Shown piece by piece: positions 56,592 to 64,000 of a stretch of DNA of 64,000 nucleotides. Position 1 is the first letter of the stretch; each line of letters begins with the position of its first letter. Origin of the DNA: Pocillopora damicornis (Eukaryota). The stretch spans positions 682,001 to 746,000 of the forward strand of contig NW_020844270.1 of the NCBI RefSeq assembly GCF_003704095.1. The letters run 5' to 3'. The notes below the pieces were generated by a model, which saw only the letters and a program-made list of their open reading frames with translations, made no database searches and was not told the origin of the DNA. The translations under genes were made by a program, and so were the position numbers.

Positions 56592-59500
56592 ATGAGGAAA
56601 AGCGTTCTTTTGATCCTTCTTGTGTTGATCGCAATTTGTGCGGCTAAATCGTCCACGAACAAGAAACACAAGGATGAGAAAAGCAAAAAACTTAAAGTAA
56701 CCGACACTAAGAAACACAAGGACGAACCGAAAAAACACAAGACTAAGAACGAGCATAAAGACAGCAGCAAGAAACATCTTAAAGATGCCAAGAAAAAACA
56801 AGACTTGAAGAAAAAAGATGAAAAACCAAAGATTTCGGAAGATAAGGCCATCAATAAGACGGCAAATAACAAGACCGAAATTGTAGAAAAGAAAGAAAAC
56901 AGCACCAAAGGTAAATTGAAATTTTGAAAATCGAATTCCGAGTTACGGGGAAACGCCGGTTCAAGAGCAATGACTATTATGACGGGTACCGGTCAACTTT
57001 TCAAAATAAATTCAGTTCATGCCAGGTGCTTAGGCTGGGGAGTTCTGTACTATCCAGATGTTCTGAGAAAAATTGCAGCGAATTCGGATAGTATTTTATT
57101 ATATTACAATCGATATTACATTCAGTATCCGAACAAGTATCCTTCCTGGCAAGCGCGCAATTTCACTGTCATTGAGTTAACCCCGTGAAGTTAACCGGTG
57201 GAAATGATTGGTCAAAACAAAAGTACATCTTCTGACAGAAAACACTAACTTCCACTCGTGTGTTGATATTCCTGTTCTTATCTTTACCATAGCTTTAACA
57301 CATTTTTTTAAATAGCCTCAATCACTAAGGATATAGATTCACGTTAAAACAAAGCTGAAGTGGAAAAAGCTTTGAACCTCTTGATCCGTAACTGACGCGG
57401 TGAGGTGAAGATATAGATAACAGACTCGATTATTACTCAGTTTCATCCAAGTAATATCTAATCTAAGTCATTTAACGAAAAACAAGTTCTTTTTCTCTTC
57501 TTGACAGGCGGTTTATTGTTAAGCGCGTGAAAAGTGATGCAAAAGTAATCTAAGCGACATGAAACGTCGGCTATGTGTTATGACTGAATGGTGTGGCCAC
57601 AACTCATCAACACCTCCAGGTTATAACTCCACGGAGCCCTGTCACAGGGTTTGACTAAAAATTTCCGAGATCTTACCTTACCCTTCCCTCCCTTAAAAAA
57701 AATCTCATCATGATCCACGAGGAGATGGGCTGGCTCGGCTCAGTATAAACCTTGAAAGGTCAAAGGCCACGTTGTAAATGATTATCTCTATACAAGCTGT
57801 CATTTCGCGCCTGTGTGAACATTTAGTCGTGCAGAAATGTCAGCTGGGTAAGCGGGATAAAATTCCCTTAGATAATGGATTACTAGAAAGTCGCCCTTCA
57901 AATTGGACCCCTCCTCATTTCGGGCTCATTAAGAGGTCCTTAAAGGGCAAGGGTGTCTGCGAATCAGGTGGCCGAGTCAATGAACAATTCGGAAAGCTAT
58001 GTATAGTTTGCGATATAAGGTCAATTTTAAGGGTTAACTCTTGCAATGTACATTTTTTAACCTTCTCGCTTTTCTAAAGTGTTCTTTTGTCTTCATAACA
58101 GCAATCCTCTCACAAAACCCACCTGCCGATTGCCAGAATATCATAGACGATTATTCCAAAGGAAAATTGCTAATGTACGAGTACAAAATTCAGATCAACC
58201 GGTGCATGAATAAAGCTAAGAGTGATGCAGGTAAGTGGTTTGATTGACTGACAGTTGATTGACAGACAGATGATTGACAGTTTATTGATGGACAGGTATA
58301 CTTGCATCTGATGATACAACGGGTTTTCAAATTTGAGTTATACTCAGGTATAGGTAATTAGCATGTGGTTTTTAAATCTTGGCTGTTGGCAAAGAGGTTT
58401 GGTAGACCCGCGTGAAAAAAAAGTTAACAGGTAATGTACACTTATAATCTCCTCAGTCAACTGAATTTGTAGGATTGAAGTGGAGGGGAGAGCTTCAATA
58501 AGGCTATTTTTTTCATGCACAAACAGTTAGCGTTCGACACCAGCTGGATGAAAACCTCTCGTGTCAGAAAAGTGTGTCTGGGAGTTATTTCCTTTTAAAC
58601 CTTTGATCCCCAAACCGTTCACATTTGCGCTGGATCTACCTTGCATTCCTCATCAAGCTAACACAGAATGCGTTAAGCCTGTTTCTAACAAACCTTTCCA
58701 TAATCACTTAAGTCACGGTAACCCGCTAACAACTAACGCTCAAAACATTGTATAACGCATTAATCACAGACGGCACAGCTGATGCTGACGCAAAATCAGC
58801 ACTGTTGCGTCCGGACAGTGAACCGACAGAAGACACTGACACGGATCAAGCTGTCAATGTGAGACCTTACAGCACCGAAGAACAAAAAGAGGACTTTGAC
58901 GAAGACTCTGACACAGGTCATAGCGATTTTAGCGCGCATGATAACGATAACGACGATGATTACAATGATGATGATGATAAAAGTGACGATTACGACGAAC
59001 CGGAAGAAAACGCAGGTGAAAATCTGGTTAGAACAAGTTTCAGGAGCTTATAAAATATTTCCACTGTGTTGAAGCCACGCTCTTAATTAATGCCGAATAA
59101 TCTGTAACGGTGCTAAACCAGCTGTAACTGCATATTAACTTGTTCGATAAAATGATGGTAATTGTAGACAAGAGAGGAAAGGAATTTACAGTTGGGAAAA
59201 TTGCCATTTGGAACCGATTAACAAGTTTTAATTACACGCTATCTGTTGGTCATCACATGTAAGTTTGCAAGGAAATACAATATTTGCGTTGCTTCGACCA
59301 CCTACAGTTTCAAACAAAAAGAACCAAATAAACCCACAATTATGGCCTTAAATGTGACAGGTTACAAAGGAGCCGTTAATGTTATTTAATCTAAAAATCA
59401 GTTTTTCTACACCTCTGTGTGCCTAAATTTAGCTAAAAAGATGCAAGTCCCTGCAACTTCTGGTTACCAAGTTCCTGATATGACAGTCCAGAATTACAAC

Positions 59501-61309
59501 ATGCCAGCTCAACAGCCAGAAATGCCAGCGCAACAAGCCGCCTTTTACTACCCCAATACGGGTAAATTAGTTTTCTTGTTCAAGCTCCTATTTCAAAGGT
59601 TAAGTGAGAATTGGCTGACCTTGCGATAGAAGGAAATTAATTGATGACTTACAAAAATGGCCTATACTCAATCCAGAATACGCTTGGACATGGGCCAGGA
59701 AGACTGGGTCGAGTATATCGAGTCCAGGCTCAACGGTACACTCCCCGCGTAAAGTAACTAAAACTTCATGGAAGTTCTTGTTTGTTTAAATAGTTCTGCT
59801 TGGCTCTCGGCTTTTCTTTCAGTAAGCACTTATGGGAAAATGTTTAGATGTATAATGGAATTTCATAAAGATAGGACATAAAGGGAGGGAGCTGGTCATT
59901 TCACTACATTTCTCTGGGAAGTTTACCTGCAAGCCTCAACCTTGTGTACTCGACTCACGTTCCCTGCCACTGAAGTAACTGACAGAACTCGACGATTATT
60001 GACCGAGCGATTTTGAAACATATAGAACCAGTTCATACAGTGTATACATGACGATTACCTCAACTCAGAGCTCATCGCAATCATGAACTTTCAACCATTG
60101 ACATGGACAAACCTATGCAAAGATACTTAACTTCACGGTGCATCCATCTTACATCTCTCTCCCAAAGCGAAGAATAGAACGCATTTCCATTCCACCACAA
60201 AGGCGATAGTTCACTTATTGTCTTACAAACCGATCAAACCTGAGGAAACATAAGCGCAAATACTTTCATTTCATTTTGATAGGAGATTTCTTTAGTGTCT
60301 AAGCTTTGCAATAAACTTGAAATATCGAAGTATTCATCAAGTTTCCAAATATTTTTTAGCCCAGACTCCATATAACGGAGCACCAGTTCAGAATCCAGTT
60401 CCCGACCAGACTCAAGCAGCTTTCGCTCCAAATCCTACGAACCAGTACCCAGCCAATCCTGCTCCTTTCCATTCCGCAGATCCAAATATGGCCATGAATG
60501 CTATGGCCAAGAACACCATACCAGACGCTGAGACACAGGTTAGTTTAAAAAAGGAGAGAGAGAGAGAGAAAGAGTTCATGAGAATTAATGAAGGTAACGA
60601 ATGTCTTACGTTCCGGTCCAGCAATCTGATAAGGGCAAAATTTCCACCCCGCTCGCAAGGAACGACACTACCCCATGTGACTGCCTTTTACTCCGGCAAT
60701 TTGTCCAAGTTTCTCGAGATTGTTTGTAAGAAGTGCAACTACATCTTAAGTAAGTTTGAAAAGCTTAGTTTTGAAATTTTTTCTCTTAACTGAACAACAT
60801 ATTATACCACTGCTGATATGAAGTTCAATTACGGCTACCATGCTCTTATCAACTGAATTAAAACTGGTGTCGGGAGTGGGAAGCATGTAGTGTTCGAAAC
60901 AACCAAAAATACATTGTGTAATTGATACTTACTCTTGACCACAAAATTTCCTTAGATACAGCAGCCCCCAGCATCTCAAGCAAATGCAGTGTTCGATCAA
61001 TGGCGAGCCAGCAGTTTTGGTGCAGCAGCTGCTACCAAGAAGGACGAAACACCTAACGCTCCAGAAGCTCCCGGCAATGACCAATTCGCAGAGTTTATGA
61101 AGATGCAAGCTTCCACTGGTAACGTAGCGGAGGCATCACCTATAAGCCAGCAAGCAGCTATTCCAGCGGCCATGCAACAAAGAAGTGACGTTCCACAGCA
61201 GCCAAATGTGTTTCCCGCGCAGGTGCAGTTACCCAACACTGTCCCTGGCCCAAGCCAAGCCTTTTACATGCAACCTGAAGAGCATGGTGATTTCCCTGAA
61301 AACCCATGA
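56592..61309 (+). CDS. Uncharacterised secreted precursor C, 6 exons, ~451 aa (signal peptide, Lys/His-rich block, C-x23-C exon, Asp-rich block, P/Q/A/M-rich tail)
   Basis: Exons 56592-56910, 58102-58230, 58770-59015, 59433-59561, 60360-60538, 60956-61309; GT-AG, phases 1,1,1,1,0, frame open. Signal peptide MRKSVLLILLVLIAICAA. Confidence 0.82.
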
Positions 61310-61619
61310 GAGAAAAAGTACTCGGTTTTGATATGATCACTTTTGAGGGTAATAACGTAATAACCTCACTCACTATGTGGAGCTCTGAAGGGTGAAAAAC
61401 TTTTCTTATTTGGAGGGGAAACAGCACAATTTCCTAAAAAGGAGTTTCAGTAAGACGTGATTATTCTCATGCAGTGACCCACATGGAACCTTTCACCTCT
61501 TGCTCACGATATCAAGTAAATGTTGGTGGGCAGAATGGGGCAGATAACAACAACGAAATAAAAGTGTCCTCTTTCTAACACGGTTTTGTCTCGTCTAACT
61601 ATGATTAAAAATTTTTGAT

Positions 61620-61710
61620 TGTAGCGCAGCATGGTTGAGTGCATCACTCTCGCAATTTGGGTTTGAGTTCCGCCCTGGCCATCAGCTGACTTTGTGTCAT
61701 GGTAATCCCA
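61620..61710 (+). mobile_element. Degenerate tRNA-derived SINE head
   Basis: GCAGCATGGTTGAGTG...GGGTTTGAGTTCCGCCCTGGCCATCAGCTG, with A/B-box-like remnants. Confidence 0.35.
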
Positions 61711-61829
61711 ATCAAGTTTGGTTGATCTAAAGTATCTGTCGTGTTAATTAAGTGAAATGCACGTGAACCAGCTGGAGTAGTCCGAGTATACTTCCAGTTA
61801 AAACGCAGCGCGTACAACTACAATTTTCG

Positions 61830-64000
61830 ACAGTCATTCCTAAGGCGTGGCCTCAGTTTGAAACCTTCCATCAAATGTACACAGGGTGATTCTCCGGACA
61901 AGCTTTAGATATGACAGTAACGAGAGGTTTCGTTGCAATTTGTTTCTATCACCAACCCTTTAGGTCTTGGTAATCGTCCTTTCTCTTTGATAGAAAAAGG
62001 ACACGCTACACAGTACTAACTACTTAGCTTGGGTGTAGACTTAACTAAGTTTTTACCTTCTCGCAGTAATATGGAGTGAATCCCTGTTCAAATGAACCAC
62101 CTGACAGTAAAAAATGCGATAAAATCAAACCCTTACCTACCTCCCCCCCCCCCAAAAAAAAAATACAAACAAACAAAACAAAAATAAAAACAAACAAAAT
62201 ACGCAAGTAGTAGCCATTGAGGTTTCATCTCCTGACCGTCACTCTCACCGAATCTGATCCCCTGCTATCCAGATAAGACTAAAGGGGGAGGGGGGGAAGG
62301 GGGAGAGGAGAGAAATGGTGTTTTAACCCACGCATGCTGAAAAATCATACTCGGATTATTTCATATCCAACCTGGGATTTGCACCCAGACCACGACCGTG
62401 ACAAGTCACTACGCGTATATTGTTGGATCTCACTTTGAGGATGTTCCCAGCATACAGAGGTTGGCAGACAGACAGGTCCAAGATGTCAAGCCTCTCGGTG
62501 GTACATAATAACCATTCCCGTTCCTTCACTTATAGTTTTCCCATGGCTACGTAATCTGAAACCTAGAATAACAGACGTCTGGTCTAGTTTGAGTCCAACT
62601 TGTAGAGGGGGTCAGTTAGATCAAAGGACTGTAGCGGCGAGAACCCGAGTAGCAAATATTTACAGTTTCTCTTCATACTTTTATGCAATTTGGCTGCCTA
62701 TGATCCCAACGACAAATCAAGACGCTACGACTGCTTCTCTGAAACACGTTTAAGTAACGGGGTGTTGGGTAGAGTCGGAAATCGACTTTCAGTGGGCGAC
62801 TCCTCCTTAGTGGGACCTAGCCTCTGGAAATCTTGCATGGTTGAGTGATGGGCCTTTAAAGATAGTGTCAGTACGTCAACGGTCGAATGTGTTTGAAAAC
62901 CACCACTTTTACAAGAAACAGGTTATACAGTAACAATACTTTAATTGAAATGACTCGCTGTATGTTAATCAGGAAACCCTTCACTCTAAAAGAAAATTTC
63001 TATTAGCAACTGCACCACAGACAACGGGACTACTGCGATGCAAATTTATTAAATGTGGGGAAACAGCAACGATTCTCACTCCAAAAGGTCACGCACACAG
63101 TCCTACACTTCTTGACATACACAAAGGACAGTTGATTGTGGCTTTCATTCCTAGCACTACCGCACAATTACCAAACGTGCTTTGGAGGCTTTCCGGAAAG
63201 CTGCTGTATTTCCCCTCTTAAAGCTCAGCTTTGTGGACTACGTAACCGCGTCCGCTCTATTAAATTCAACTTTTGGTCCCGAAGACGTCTTCGTAGACCT
63301 AAAATGGTCAATGTGTGGGAGCTCTTAGCTCGACGAAATTTTAACCTCTTTCCAAATTCGGGAAAGCGATGCCTCATTTTTAAGAGGGACTACAAGCTGT
63401 TTAATAGAACTACTGTTTTCTAAGTCAATTTCGAGTCCCAGCGACATATTCACAACGTAATGCTAGACAAAAACCACAAAAAAGGAAGAGAAAGATATAA
63501 ATGACAAAAAAAAAAAAAAAAATAATATATATATATATATATAAATAAAACAAGAAACAATACTCCTATTCAAGTGGAGAGGATTACCCCTGGCACCCTA
63601 AAAAAATTAATTTCTTCTCTATATAAGTAGCAAAATAATAGTAGTGATTCCAAAACAAGAGTTGAAATGAAAGAAAATTCCTCGTAAAAATCCTTCAAGT
63701 TGTGACCTCGCCCTCGGACTAAACTGAGCTATATCAACGTTATCTCAAGTTTGTAAAATAATTAACCAGTTTGAGACATCCACTCAGTAGTTCACTACAT
63801 GACAGTCCAGAAATCAGAAAGAAAAAAAAACACCTAGGCACAATAACGAAACACATCAACTTACCATGGGCCATAAACATACCAGGCGTTTCCGGGAACG
63901 TGATTCTGCCTCCTGACAAAACCACCAATCCTCACCTGGAACCGCAGCACAAAAACTGTACCCTCCATCCAAAGCACTGGAGAATTGGTGCGATGGCAAT
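61830..64000 (-). pseudogene. Decayed multi-exon gene with SRCR-like and sushi/CCP-like remnants, truncated by window end
   Basis: Splice-bounded relics: 62562-62434 (FRLRSHGKTISEGTGMVIMYHREA*HLGPVC), ~62278-62200 (LIWIAGDQIR*..SGDETSMATTC), 62100-62057 (GSFEQGFTPYYCEK), ~61900-61845 (LSGESP/LCTFDGRFQTEATP*), ~62728-62680 (SSRSVLICRWDHRQPNCIK). In-frame stops and frameshifts present. Confidence 0.45.

Noticed and set aside
56514-56908. Hydrophobic minus-strand ORFs resembling membrane proteins
   Set aside because: Reverse complement of the Lys-rich (AAG/AAA) exon of precursor C.

Overview
Eukaryotic, intron-rich, AT-rich animal genomic DNA, most likely a scleractinian coral. This is inferred from repeat families I recognise and from gene style; it cannot be proven here. 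Hand-built spliced gene models (GT-AG introns, phases checked): (1) a single-coding-exon, Ser/charge-rich disordered protein (2843-4483,+); (2) a highly divergent 4-exon sFRP-like gene (6692-10383,-) in tandem with (3) a canonical sFRP3/4 (FRZB-like) gene (21845-27453,-); (4) a 13-exon mitochondrial ABC half-transporter ABCB8 (31445-39543,+), convergent with (5) a 3-exon LIX1/LIX1L (42499-46578,-); (6-8) a same-strand cluster of three secreted-precursor genes (48022-61309,+). Two of these share a phase 1-1 exon encoding a C-x23-C loop plus dibasic sites and low-complexity tails. The one between them can be spliced into a 78-aa prepropeptide releasing a C-terminally amidated peptide. A decayed SRCR/sushi-like pseudogene probably occupies the right end. 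Repeats include TTAA-flanked MITEs, other MITEs, SINE remnants and several short Penelope-type/retrozyme elements carrying minimal hammerhead ribozyme motifs (one apparently intact at 49515-49551). The ABCB8-LIX1L block is visibly CpG-depleted. No CRISPR, rRNA or intact tRNA seen.
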